Origin: a virus
Taxonomy: Duplodnaviria; Caudoviricetes
Virus record (IMG/VR): IMGVR_UViG_3300025617_000962
Location: 1 to 54,509 of that record
DNA: 54,509 nt
Strand: one strand, 5' to 3'
Shown: positions 8,860 through 18,080 of the stretch, one piece after another
Layout: every line of letters begins with the position of its first letter
How positions within the stretch are numbered: the stretch's first letter is position 1
Translations under genes and position numbers: made by a program
The notes under the pieces: model-generated
What the model saw: the letters and a program-made list of their open reading frames with translations, nothing else
The model's database searches: none
Told to the model about the DNA's origin: nothing

Positions 8860-9156
8860 ATGTTATTACGTGAGTTTTTTATTGACCCCGAAGAAGATGT
8901 TCTAGAAGAAGGACAAACATGGGCACGTTCTGGAAAGAAAGTTGTGCGCAAGTTCCGTTGTAGTGGCGGTCCTCGCAAGAACCGTGTGGTTGCTAAGATG
9001 GCACAGTGCTTCGCAGCACCTGATATTAAAAAGCGTCAGACACTGAAGAAAACCAAAGCTAGACTGGGCGGAAGAATGATACGCAAAGCTAAAAAGACCA
9101 AGCGCATTAATCCAGCAAGTAAGCGTATTCAATCTTTAAACAAGAAGAGAAGATAA
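8860..9156 (+). CDS. highly basic small virion protein (paralog 1)
   Basis: MLLREF...LEE leader, then a K/R-rich body with RKFRC..G.RK.R.VA...C.AP. Confidence 0.7.
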   Translation: MLLREFFIDPEEDVLEEGQTWARSGKKVVRKFRCSGGPRKNRVVAKMAQCFAAPDIKKRQTLKKTKARLGGRMIRKAKKTKRINPASKRIQSLNKKRR

Positions 9157-9467
9157 TGCTATTACGTGAGCTTATAGAAGGCGTTACAACTATCTTTGGT
9201 AAAAGCGGAAACAAAACTGTTCGCAAGTATCGTTGTACTAGTGGCACACGCAAAGGACGTATTGTTGCAAAGCCTGCAACATGCAATGCTCCTAAGAATG
9301 TCAAAGCATCAAACACACTAAAGAAAACTAGACGTTCAAAAGGCAAGACGATAAGTATTAAGAGCACACGTACTAAACGTACAAATCCAGCAAGTCAAAA
9401 GCTGAGACGATTGAATACTGGACGTAGAAGAATTAAACCTAGAAATAGAAGAGGTGCAAGAATATGA
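9156..9467 (+). CDS. highly basic small virion protein (paralog 2)
   Basis: MLLRELIE leader; aligns by eye with paralog 1. Confidence 0.7.
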   Translation: MLLRELIEGVTTIFGKSGNKTVRKYRCTSGTRKGRIVAKPATCNAPKNVKASNTLKKTRRSKGKTISIKSTRTKRTNPASQKLRRLNTGRRRIKPRNRRGARI

Positions 9468-9697
9468 GAATAGATGAAATAACAACAGCTAAGATTGATA
9501 AAGTAAAACCTGGTGTAGAAGCTACTGTTGATAATGGCGACGGCACTAAAACTGTTGTTGATCTTAAAAAGAATCCTAATGCACTTGTTAAAGATCCTGC
9601 AACTAAAAAAATCAAACTAAACAAAAAGCCACAAGCTGGCAATGCAACCGATCCTGCTAAAACACCTAAACCTGGCGATAGTGTAGAAGTAGAATGA
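9464..9697 (+). CDS. hypothetical, probable head protein
   Basis: MRIDEI leader; ATGA overlap with the previous gene. Confidence 0.65.
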   Translation: MRIDEITTAKIDKVKPGVEATVDNGDGTKTVVDLKKNPNALVKDPATKKIKLNKKPQAGNATDPAKTPKPGDSVEVE

Positions 9698-9894
9698 GAA
9701 TTATAGACATAGTTGATGAGATATACATGACCAATGAAGAGAAAGCTCTTTTGGAAACCATTAACGATGTCCGCCCGCTAGGATCATTTCCTGAGCGTGA
9801 GCAAACCATTATCAATAATCTAATTCGTAAAAGTATAATAAGTAAAGTACAAACGCAAAGTGGAACGATAGTGGTGATACGGAATGACAACTGA
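9694..9894 (+). CDS. small protein, winged-helix-like
   Basis: MRIIDI leader; EREQTIINNLIRKSII helix followed by a beta hairpin. Confidence 0.55.
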   Translation: MRIIDIVDEIYMTNEEKALLETINDVRPLGSFPEREQTIINNLIRKSIISKVQTQSGTIVVIRNDN

Positions 9895-10306
9895 AAATCT
9901 ATTATATGACCTTGAAGAGATTGTTAACCAAGGACTTGAAGACAGTGCTATACCACATTCACGAGGTAATAGCATCAGAATCAAACATATTGTGGTTCGC
10001 AAAAGTCCTAAGGGCTATTTGATATACGATGCCAAAGAGAACCGTCAAGTAACTCGTACTGTTTTTAAAACTACAGCCGTTGCTATTGCTAAGAATCTAG
10101 CACAAGGCAACGATATCACTGAGCAACTTATAGAATACGATAAAATTATGTTAAAACACTATAATGATGCTATATTTTACAAAAATTCAATTAGAAAATG
10201 CAAAGACAGTATTGCAAGAGAAATAAGAGAAACTAGACTAGATATATCAATAGAAGAATCGAGACGAGTACGCAGTCAATTAGACCGATTTATTTTTTGT
10301 TTGTGA
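9884..10306 (+). CDS. hypothetical phage protein
   Basis: ORF overlaps the previous gene in the operon. Confidence 0.7.
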   Translation: MTTENLLYDLEEIVNQGLEDSAIPHSRGNSIRIKHIVVRKSPKGYLIYDAKENRQVTRTVFKTTAVAIAKNLAQGNDITEQLIEYDKIMLKHYNDAIFYKNSIRKCKDSIAREIRETRLDISIEESRRVRSQLDRFIFCL

Positions 10307-10344
10307 TAAATATATTATAGAACACCTATCAACAGGAAGATAAA

Positions 10345-11094
10345 ATGCAAATTAGAGAATTTTCAAAGCCAGTTACGGCAGCAAAACTAAATGAAAGCCT
10401 AGCACAACGCTTTGGTTCAAAGATTAACATTGACGAGTTTACTACTGAGCAACTACAAGATGCTCGTAATAAATTGCGTACAAAAGTATTCAACGTAGAA
10501 ACAACTGAAAGTTTCGACGCAGTACAAAACACAGAATATTCTAAAAACAAAATGTTTTTGGATGTTCTTAATGCTGCACTCAACGAGCGTGATGATGTAA
10601 CAGTTGCAATTGACGAAGCTATTGAGCAAGTTAATGAAGGTGAAGAAGACAAAGCAGAGCTAGTAATGGCAGCCAAGGACATGGTTGATCGTGTTACTGG
10701 TTGGATGGAAGACACTGCTGAAATGCAAACTGAATCAATGCTAGAACTTGCAGATGCTATCCGCGACGAAATGGGCAGTGAGCAAGCAGAAGCATTTACT
10801 GCAAGTGTTAAACCTGCACTGGAAGCAATGTACGGCGTAATGGAAACAACACGTCAAACACTAACACAAGGTGTTGGCATGCTAACAGGCGAAGCCGAGC
10901 CAATGGATACAATGGGTGCTGAAGAGCCAGACATGGATATGGAGCCAACTGTTGATGGCGATGCAGACATAGATATGGATATGGAAGAGCCGGCAGCAGA
11001 TGATGACTTTGGTGCAGCAGACGCAGCAGCAGGCGGAGAAGAACTAGGCGGACGTGAAAAGCGTGAGTCAGTAGACCATTCAAAAAAAAAGTAA
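10345..11094 (+). CDS. acidic prohead core/scaffold-like protein
   Basis: TAAATA at 10307; MQIREF leader; several (L/V)NE sites; acidic tail. Confidence 0.6.
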   Translation: MQIREFSKPVTAAKLNESLAQRFGSKINIDEFTTEQLQDARNKLRTKVFNVETTESFDAVQNTEYSKNKMFLDVLNAALNERDDVTVAIDEAIEQVNEGEEDKAELVMAAKDMVDRVTGWMEDTAEMQTESMLELADAIRDEMGSEQAEAFTASVKPALEAMYGVMETTRQTLTQGVGMLTGEAEPMDTMGAEEPDMDMEPTVDGDADIDMDMEEPAADDDFGAADAAAGGEELGGREKRESVDHSKKK

Positions 11095-11417
11095 ATGAAG
11101 CTGTAGATAGTGCTACTATCTACGCTTTATTAAGACAACAAAAAGCAGCCGGAGTGGCTGCTTTATCAATGAACAAGCTAGACAAATACATGCGCAATCA
11201 AGGCAAAGGAAACTTTGACTATGAAAGCTTTAAAGCAATGTATGACGCTGATCCTAGACTACAACAGCTGGTTACTAACTTTGATCAAGACAAGATTGAA
11301 TTCAAACAAAGTGAAGTAGACGATGTTGCTGGTGCAGTTCCAGGCAATCCAGGACGTCCAAGCGATCCTGTAGGTAACATGGCTAAGAACGCTACAGACT
11401 TAGGCGACGAACTTTAA
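11091..11417 (+). CDS. hypothetical protein, likely expressed as a -1 frameshift extension of 10345..11094
   Basis: Frame is open through the A9G tract; no good SD at GTG 11154 or ATG 11169. Confidence 0.55.
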   Translation, partial: VNEAVDSATIYALLRQQKAAGVAALSMNKLDKYMRNQGKGNFDYESFKAMYDADPRLQQLVTNFDQDKIEFKQSEVDDVAGAVPGNPGRPSDPVGNMAKNATDLGDEL

Positions 11418-11424
11418 ATAACGG

Positions 11425-11475
11425 TTGACAAGGCTCCTATTTGGTGTTATTATATACACTAATAGGAGCTTTTTT
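11425..11475 (+). promoter_or_regulatory. sigma70-type promoter overlapping a hairpin/T-run that contains the SD
   Basis: TTGACA-N17-TATTAT; GCTCCTATT pairs with AATAGGAGC, followed by T6. Confidence 0.7.
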
Positions 11476-11829
11476 ATGACTGAACGATCGCAAGAAGACA
11501 TAGTTAAAAACATTACAGAAGTAATGGAACAGTATGTAACCCCAGCAGTAGCACAGCACGGGGGCGAAGTTAACTTTGTTAGCTTTGAAAACGGTGTTGT
11601 ATTGGTAGAACTAAGTGGAGCATGTAGCGGCTGCGCAGGCAGCACAATGACTCTTCAACATGGTATCCGACAAATGCTTTCATCAATGGTGCCTGAAGTA
11701 TTAGATATTGAAGGTATAGACGATCCGATGTCAACAGTTGACCCATATTTTATGCATGATCCTTTTGGCATGCAACATATCAATTTAGAAGATTATGACA
11801 CAGACTTGCCAGAGGAACCTGAAGATTGA
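11476..11829 (+). CDS. NifU-C/NfuA-like Fe-S cluster carrier
   Basis: PAVAQHGGEV...LSGACSGC motif. Confidence 0.85.
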   Translation: MTERSQEDIVKNITEVMEQYVTPAVAQHGGEVNFVSFENGVVLVELSGACSGCAGSTMTLQHGIRQMLSSMVPEVLDIEGIDDPMSTVDPYFMHDPFGMQHINLEDYDTDLPEEPED

Positions 11830-12506
11830 GTTTAATTATAGAAAAATACAAGTACGAAAAACTAAAGCGTGTTGAAGTAGACGGCAAGCGCCGTTATGCA
11901 GCACCTGGTGGTCCTCCAGTAGCAAGTGTTACAACTATTCTTAGTGGTACTAAGGATATGAGCCATCTTATTGCTTGGAAGAAGCGTGTAGGCGAAGCTA
12001 AAGCACAAGAGATTGTAACTGAAGCAAGTGGCGTTGGTACACGCATGCACAAATATTTAGAAGACTATATTGAATTCGGCGAATGGCCTACTGCTGGTAG
12101 CAATCCTTATGCACAGCAAGCACACTCAATGGCAACAGTTATACGTGACGAAGCTATGGTACATGTTGATGAAATCTGGGGAAGTGAAGTTCCGCTTTAT
12201 GTTCCTGGTATCTTTGCAGGCACTACTGACCTTGTAGGGCAATACAAAGGCAATCCGTGCATCATGGATTTTAAGCAGACGAACAAGCCCAAGAAGCCTG
12301 AGTGGGTAGAAGACTATTATCTACAGCTAACAGCATATGCTCTAGGTCACAACGAAGTACACGGTACAGACATCCGTGAAGGACATATCTTTATGTGCAG
12401 TCGTGCAGGAGAGTATCAGCAGTTTGATCTATGGCCTGATGAGTTTGCAGAGTGGGAACAAGAGTGGTGGAACCGCTGCCGCCAGTATTATGAGAAGCAC
12501 GGATAA
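11826..12506 (+). CDS. PD-(D/E)XK exonuclease
   Basis: SVTTIL, GTRMH, AGTTD, DFK and QLTAY motifs. Confidence 0.85.
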   Translation: MSLIIEKYKYEKLKRVEVDGKRRYAAPGGPPVASVTTILSGTKDMSHLIAWKKRVGEAKAQEIVTEASGVGTRMHKYLEDYIEFGEWPTAGSNPYAQQAHSMATVIRDEAMVHVDEIWGSEVPLYVPGIFAGTTDLVGQYKGNPCIMDFKQTNKPKKPEWVEDYYLQLTAYALGHNEVHGTDIREGHIFMCSRAGEYQQFDLWPDEFAEWEQEWWNRCRQYYEKHG

Positions 12507-12536
12507 ATACTACTACAATAACGTAGGAGTATTAGT

Positions 12537-14147
12537 ATGGCCGTAGTTTCCATCAGCAGAATTCAAGTTCGTAGAGGACAAAAGAACACCGGTAGCGGAC
12601 TGCCGCAGTTAGCAAGTGGTGAGTTTGGGTGGGCTGTTGACACGCAAGAATTGTTTATTGGTAATGGAAGCGTAGCAGAAGGTGCACCTTATGTAGGTAA
12701 TACGAAACTACTAAGTGAAACCGATAATTTATTTGAGTTTGCAAATACATATGAATACAAAAGCGGCAATAGCATACAAACAGGAGATTCGGTTAATAAT
12801 CCTGTATTAAGAACACTGCAAGCTAGACTAGATGATAGAGTTAGTGTACGGTCATTTGGCGCCAATGGCGACGGAACAAACCAAACAGAAGCTCTACAAC
12901 GTGCCATTGACCAATTGTATCTAAACGCATCGAACAAAGGACAACCTCTGTCCAGAGTCGAACTTATTTTAGAACCTGGAGAGTACACAGTTACTAACAC
13001 AATTTACTTGCCGCCGTTTACTACCATTAGAGGTTCTGGTGCTGATAAAACAATTATTAATGCTGGAGCTCATGCAGTTTTTAAAACAGTAAACGAAACA
13101 AGTACACCAGGTGTATATATAAATGATGCAACTAGTACAACACTTAATCAGCCTAGAAATATTAATATTTCTAATCTAACTATTAATACTACACTAGGCC
13201 CTGCTTTAGATTTACAAAGTTGTAAAGACAGTACCTTTAAAGATATAATTTTATCAGGTAATTATTCGTTAGGCGATACTATTGACGGGAACAGTGTCGG
13301 AATAAAACTAACATCATTGAGCACAGCAGTTAGTTCAAATAATAATCTATTTGATAATATACAAGTAAAGCAATTCTCTAATGCTGTTTATTCAGATAAT
13401 GATATAACTGGTAATTTATGGACAAAAAGTACATTTGATACACTCTATCAAGGAATTGCGTTTGGTATTGGAACAATATTAGGTACAAGTGGCATGTTAA
13501 CTGGTCCGTTAAACAATGTTATAGATAAATGTAAATTTGATAATGTGTATGCGAGTGCAATTCGTATTGACAACGGTACAGACAATGCTAGTAAAAATAA
13601 TCAATATTATAGTGTAGGCAATAATGGCGGCACATCATCACTCAATCAGCATCCAGTTATAAAATTTGTTAGTAATAGAAATTCTAGTACAAATGATTGG
13701 TTTAAACGCAGCGAAGAACTTGGGTATGGCGAAGAATATAAAAATGGTGTAAGGTATCAACCAGAAGTAGAAGGGCCTGCTATTACAGATTTCAATACAA
13801 CTCATAAACTTACTATTGGACAATCAGGAGAGTACTCTAAATTATTTAGACTTCCAGCAGAAGTCTCCAAAGGTTATGAAATTGATTATATCTATAAAAG
13901 TGACTCTGTTGATGCAACTCGACATGGCACATTAACTTTGGTTGTTGACCCAGTTGGCGACACATTTAACCTTTCAGATAATTTTGATTTCACAGGCGAT
14001 AGCTTGTATGCAGAAAATTTAAAATTTACAGCAAATAATTACGACGAAGATGGCGATAATTCTATTGACACAACAGCTATCATGATGTTAAACTTAACTA
14101 GTAGTGATAGTGCTACATTATTTTACAATGTGAGAACTAAGTCGTAA
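12537..14147 (+). CDS. tail fibre/spike protein with beta-helix (pectate-lyase-like) domain
   Basis: N-terminal RIQVRRG...LASGEFG; VSVRSFGANGDG..QTEALQRAID; late promoter at 12504. Confidence 0.75.
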   Translation: MAVVSISRIQVRRGQKNTGSGLPQLASGEFGWAVDTQELFIGNGSVAEGAPYVGNTKLLSETDNLFEFANTYEYKSGNSIQTGDSVNNPVLRTLQARLDDRVSVRSFGANGDGTNQTEALQRAIDQLYLNASNKGQPLSRVELILEPGEYTVTNTIYLPPFTTIRGSGADKTIINAGAHAVFKTVNETSTPGVYINDATSTTLNQPRNINISNLTINTTLGPALDLQSCKDSTFKDIILSGNYSLGDTIDGNSVGIKLTSLSTAVSSNNNLFDNIQVKQFSNAVYSDNDITGNLWTKSTFDTLYQGIAFGIGTILGTSGMLTGPLNNVIDKCKFDNVYASAIRIDNGTDNASKNNQYYSVGNNGGTSSLNQHPVIKFVSNRNSSTNDWFKRSEELGYGEEYKNGVRYQPEVEGPAITDFNTTHKLTIGQSGEYSKLFRLPAEVSKGYEIDYIYKSDSVDATRHGTLTLVVDPVGDTFNLSDNFDFTGDSLYAENLKFTANNYDEDGDNSIDTTAIMMLNLTSSDSATLFYNVRTKS

Positions 14148-14150
14148 TAG

Positions 14151-14576
14151 ATGTTTGATAAACCATATGAACAACGATTGTCACTCTGGCGGCAGTTTCG
14201 TACTGAGCTCGAGACCTCAGATAATCCGATACAGGAAGTAATCGACTTCTATAGTCAAGCTCCTGCATGTACAATCGCGGCAGATCCTTTTACTCCTAGC
14301 ACTTGGCCAGATCCCTGGGAATTATTAGAGGAAAATAATTATTGTTCCTTTGTAAAGATTCTTGCAATTTGTTACACCTTACAGTTAACTGATGTTTTAT
14401 CCCAAGCATCTTATGAGATACATATTACACGAGACAATAAAAAGTCAGCAACATATTATCTACTTTATGTTGATGATCAAGTAATCGGATTCAACGGAGA
14501 GACACATGTACATAAGTCAGAACTGCCTAATACATTACATTCTGAACTTGTACACTCTCTACAACCACAACAATAA
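14151..14576 (+). CDS. hypothetical phage protein
   Basis: 141-aa ORF with a WPDPWEL motif. Confidence 0.7.
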   Translation: MFDKPYEQRLSLWRQFRTELETSDNPIQEVIDFYSQAPACTIAADPFTPSTWPDPWELLEENNYCSFVKILAICYTLQLTDVLSQASYEIHITRDNKKSATYYLLYVDDQVIGFNGETHVHKSELPNTLHSELVHSLQPQQ

Positions 14577-14605
14577 ATACCTAACAAATTAAAAGAGGAA
14601 CACGA

Positions 14606-16912
14606 ATGTCAAATGGAACAATGATCGTCAAGCGTGACGGTACAAAAGAACACCTCAACATTGATAAAATTCACAAAGTAGTAGAACATGCATGTGAAGG
14701 TTTAGCAGGTGTTAGTAGTAGTCAAATTGAAATGAATGCAAATATTCAATTCTATGACGGTATGAGTACAAATGAAATCCAAGAAATATTAGTACGTAGC
14801 GCAAATGATCTTATTTCATTAGATGCACCAAATTATCAATTTGCAGCAGCAAGACTGCTGAGTTATGGTGTTAACAAGATGGTGTTCGGCGAGTACAACG
14901 CAATTACACTGCAACACAATATTGATAAAAATATCGAACGTGGTGTATATGATGCAGAAATTTTAGAAAAATATACAGCTGAAGAGATTGCCACATTAGA
15001 CGGTTATATCCGTCACAAGCGTGATGAAAACTTTACCTATGCAGGACTACGTCAAGTGGTTGACAAATACCTTGTACAGGATCGTTCATCAGGCGAAATC
15101 TTCGAGACTCCCCAGTTCATGTACATGATGATTGCAGCAACACTATTTGCTAACTATCCATCAGAAACACGTATGCACTATGTAAGGAGATATTATGATG
15201 CGACCTCACTTTTTAAAGTCAATATCCCAACGCCAGTCATGGCAGGAGTCAGAACGCCTGTGCGACAGTTTGCTAGTTGCGTCCTTGTTGATAGTGACGA
15301 CACCCTTGATAGTATCTTCGCTAGTGATATGTCGATTGGTAGATACACTGCACAGCGAGCGGGTATCGGCATCAATGCGGGACGCATCAGAGGCGTCAAC
15401 AGCAGAATCAGAGGCGGAGAAGTAGCACACACAGGTATTGTTCCGTTTCTTAAGAAGTTTGAAAGCACAGTACGTTGCTGTACACAGAATGGTGTACGTG
15501 GCGGCAGTGCTACTGTACACTTCCCGTTTTGGCATCAAGAAATTGAAGACATCCTTGTGCTAAAGAACAACAAAGGCACAGAAGACAACCGTGTGCGCAA
15601 ATTGGACTATTCAATCCAGCTAAACAAAACAATGTATGAAAGACTACTAACTGGCGGCGATATCACTCTTTTCTCACCACATGATGTTCCGGGTCTATAC
15701 GATGCATACTTTGGCGATCCAGCAGTGTTCCAAGAGCTTTATGAAAAGTACGAACGTGCTACAAGCATCAAGAAAAAGTCTGTGCCAGCAATGGAATTGT
15801 TTTCAGCACTAATCAAAGAACGTGCAGAAACAGGACGTATGTATATCATGAATGTTGATCATGCTAACACACACAGTAGCTTCAAAGACACTGTATACAT
15901 GAGCAACTTGTGTCAAGAGATTACACTACCAACTAAGCCACTTAATCATATTGATGATGAAGAAGGTGAAATTGCTCTGTGTATTCTAAGTGCTATTAAC
16001 GTAGGATTAATTAAAAACATTGATGACTTAGAAGATCTATGTGATCTTGCTGTTCGTGCGTTAGAAGAAATTATTGATTATCAGCGTTACCCAATTGCAG
16101 CAGCAGAACGTTCAACCAAAGCTCGTCGTAGTTTAGGTGTAGGATATATTGGACTTGCGCATTACCTTGCTAAGAATCACGTACAATATGATAACCCACA
16201 AGCATGGAAACTTGTACATGACCTAACAGAAGCTTTCCAATATTACTTGCTCAAAGCATCAAACAATCTTGCTAAAGAGCGTGGTGCATGCGAGTACTTC
16301 AATCGTACTAAATACTCAGACGGTATCCTTCCAATTGATACATATAAAACGGATGTTGATACTATTGTAGCAAATGAGTTAAATTATGATTGGGATAGTT
16401 TACGCAGCGACATCAAGGAACACGGCCTCAGGCACTCAACGTTGTCCGCACAAATGCCATCGGAGAGCAGTTCCGTTGTGTCGAACGCAACAAACGGAAT
16501 CGAACCACCTAGAGGTTACTTGTCCGTTAAGAAGTCAAAGAAAGGGCCTCTTAAACAGATTGTTCCACAATATCAGAGCCTTAAGGCGCACTACACCTTG
16601 TTGTGGGACATGCCTAGCAACGAAGGTTATATCAACGTAGTTGCAGTAATGCAGAAGTTCTTTGATCAAGGTATCTCAGGCAACTGGAGTTACAACCCAA
16701 CACACTTCCCAGATAACGAAGTGCCAATGAGTAAGATGATTAATGACTTGTTGACAACTTACAAAATGGGTTGGAAAACATCTTACTACCAAAACACTTA
16801 TGATTATAAGACTGATCCAAGTGAATTAGAAGATGACAAGCCGGAACAAGCATTAGCACCAAGCACGGTCGATATGAGTGACGAAGAAGCTTGTGACAGT
16901 TGCGCAATTTAA
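14606..16912 (+). CDS. nrdA: ribonucleotide reductase class Ia alpha subunit
   Basis: ATP cone (VKRDG), FASCVL, SNLCQEI and a C-terminal CDSC. Confidence 0.97.
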   Translation: MSNGTMIVKRDGTKEHLNIDKIHKVVEHACEGLAGVSSSQIEMNANIQFYDGMSTNEIQEILVRSANDLISLDAPNYQFAAARLLSYGVNKMVFGEYNAITLQHNIDKNIERGVYDAEILEKYTAEEIATLDGYIRHKRDENFTYAGLRQVVDKYLVQDRSSGEIFETPQFMYMMIAATLFANYPSETRMHYVRRYYDATSLFKVNIPTPVMAGVRTPVRQFASCVLVDSDDTLDSIFASDMSIGRYTAQRAGIGINAGRIRGVNSRIRGGEVAHTGIVPFLKKFESTVRCCTQNGVRGGSATVHFPFWHQEIEDILVLKNNKGTEDNRVRKLDYSIQLNKTMYERLLTGGDITLFSPHDVPGLYDAYFGDPAVFQELYEKYERATSIKKKSVPAMELFSALIKERAETGRMYIMNVDHANTHSSFKDTVYMSNLCQEITLPTKPLNHIDDEEGEIALCILSAINVGLIKNIDDLEDLCDLAVRALEEIIDYQRYPIAAAERSTKARRSLGVGYIGLAHYLAKNHVQYDNPQAWKLVHDLTEAFQYYLLKASNNLAKERGACEYFNRTKYSDGILPIDTYKTDVDTIVANELNYDWDSLRSDIKEHGLRHSTLSAQMPSESSSVVSNATNGIEPPRGYLSVKKSKKGPLKQIVPQYQSLKAHYTLLWDMPSNEGYINVVAVMQKFFDQGISGNWSYNPTHFPDNEVPMSKMINDLLTTYKMGWKTSYYQNTYDYKTDPSELEDDKPEQALAPSTVDMSDEEACDSCAI
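15195..15425 (+). CDS. candidate nested gene in the +1 frame of nrdA (76 aa, one hydrophobic segment)
   Basis: TAAGGAG-N5-ATG is formed by AGG AGA Arg codons of nrdA. Confidence 0.5.
   Translation: MMRPHFLKSISQRQSWQESERLCDSLLVASLLIVTTPLIVSSLVICRLVDTLHSERVSASMRDASEASTAESEAEK
16386..16640 (+). CDS. candidate nested Cys-rich gene in the +1 frame of nrdA (84 aa)
   Basis: Open frame with CPHKC, CP and CCGTC; atypical nrdA codons across the overlap; weak SD. Confidence 0.35.
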   Translation: MIGIVYAATSRNTASGTQRCPHKCHRRAVPLCRTQQTESNHLEVTCPLRSQRKGLLNRLFHNIRALRRTTPCCGTCLATKVIST

Positions 16913-16976
16913 AAATAGCGGTTGACTTTAATAGTTAACCGTTATATACTATATAAACAGATACAGAGGAAGTACA

Positions 16977-18080
16977 ATGGCAAAGACCGTATTCAATAAA
17001 GAAAAAGTAGACTTTACTAAACAAGACATGTTTTTTGGTGAAGATCAAAACACACAGCGTTACGACACGTTTAAGTTTCCTGTGTTCGATAAACTTAACC
17101 AAACCATGTTAGGTTACTTTTGGCGTCCAGAAGAAGTGAGTCTGCAGAAAGATCGTGCTGACTTTGCCAACTTCCGTCCAGAGCAGAAGCATATTTTTAC
17201 TGCCAATTTGAAATATCAAACACTACTTGACAGTGTCCAAGGACGTGGTCCATGCCTAGCGTTTTTGCCGCATGTTTCACTTCCTGAACTAGAAGGGTGT
17301 ATTGTTACTTGGGACTTCTTTGAAACAATCCACTCGCGTAGCTACACACATATTATGAAGAACGTGTATGCTGACCCTGCAGAAGTGTTTGACACTATTC
17401 TAGATGATGAAAAGATTATTGCTCGTGCAACAAGTGTTACCAAGCACTATGATGCATTTACAGAAGCAGCAGACGCTTACACACACCGCGGCGAAGGCAG
17501 CATGCGTGATGTTAAAAAGAAACTGTATCTTGCAATGATGACTGTAAACATTCTTGAAGGCTTGCGTTTTTATGTAAGTTTTGCATGTACGTTTGGCTTT
17601 GGCGAACTGAAGCTAATGGAAGGATCAGCTAAGATTATTTCATTGATTGCTCGTGATGAAGCACAGCACTTGGCTCTCAGCACACACATATTGAAGTTGT
17701 GGGCACAAGGCAAAGACGATCCAGAAATGGCAAGTATTGCTAAAGAGTGTGAAGAAGAAGTGTACGAGCTATGGCGTGAATGCGTAGCAGAAGAAAAAGA
17801 TTGGGCAGAGTATTTGTTCAAAGACGGTTCGATGATTGGTCTTAATACTCAATTGCTTAACCAATATGTAGAGTACATTGCTAACCGTCGATTGAAAGCA
17901 CTTGGATTGCAGTCAATCTTCGATGCCCCAGTAAACACCAATCCACTACCGTGGACACAGCACTGGTTGTCAAGTTCAGGCTTGCAGGTGGCGCCGCAGG
18001 AAACAGAGGTCGAGTCCTATGTGATCGGTGGTATCAAACAAGATGTATCAACTGATAGTTTAAAAGGATTTAGTCTATGA
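16977..18080 (+). CDS. nrdB: ribonucleotide reductase beta subunit
   Basis: FWRPEE, DSVQGR, ETIHSRSY, EGLRFY, RDEAQH, PQETE. Confidence 0.97.
   Translation: MAKTVFNKEKVDFTKQDMFFGEDQNTQRYDTFKFPVFDKLNQTMLGYFWRPEEVSLQKDRADFANFRPEQKHIFTANLKYQTLLDSVQGRGPCLAFLPHVSLPELEGCIVTWDFFETIHSRSYTHIMKNVYADPAEVFDTILDDEKIIARATSVTKHYDAFTEAADAYTHRGEGSMRDVKKKLYLAMMTVNILEGLRFYVSFACTFGFGELKLMEGSAKIISLIARDEAQHLALSTHILKLWAQGKDDPEMASIAKECEEEVYELWRECVAEEKDWAEYLFKDGSMIGLNTQLLNQYVEYIANRRLKALGLQSIFDAPVNTNPLPWTQHWLSSSGLQVAPQETEVESYVIGGIKQDVSTDSLKGFSL

Noticed and set aside
11826-12506. Cas4 or CRISPR association of the exonuclease
   Set aside because: No four-Cys Fe-S cluster pattern and no CRISPR context.
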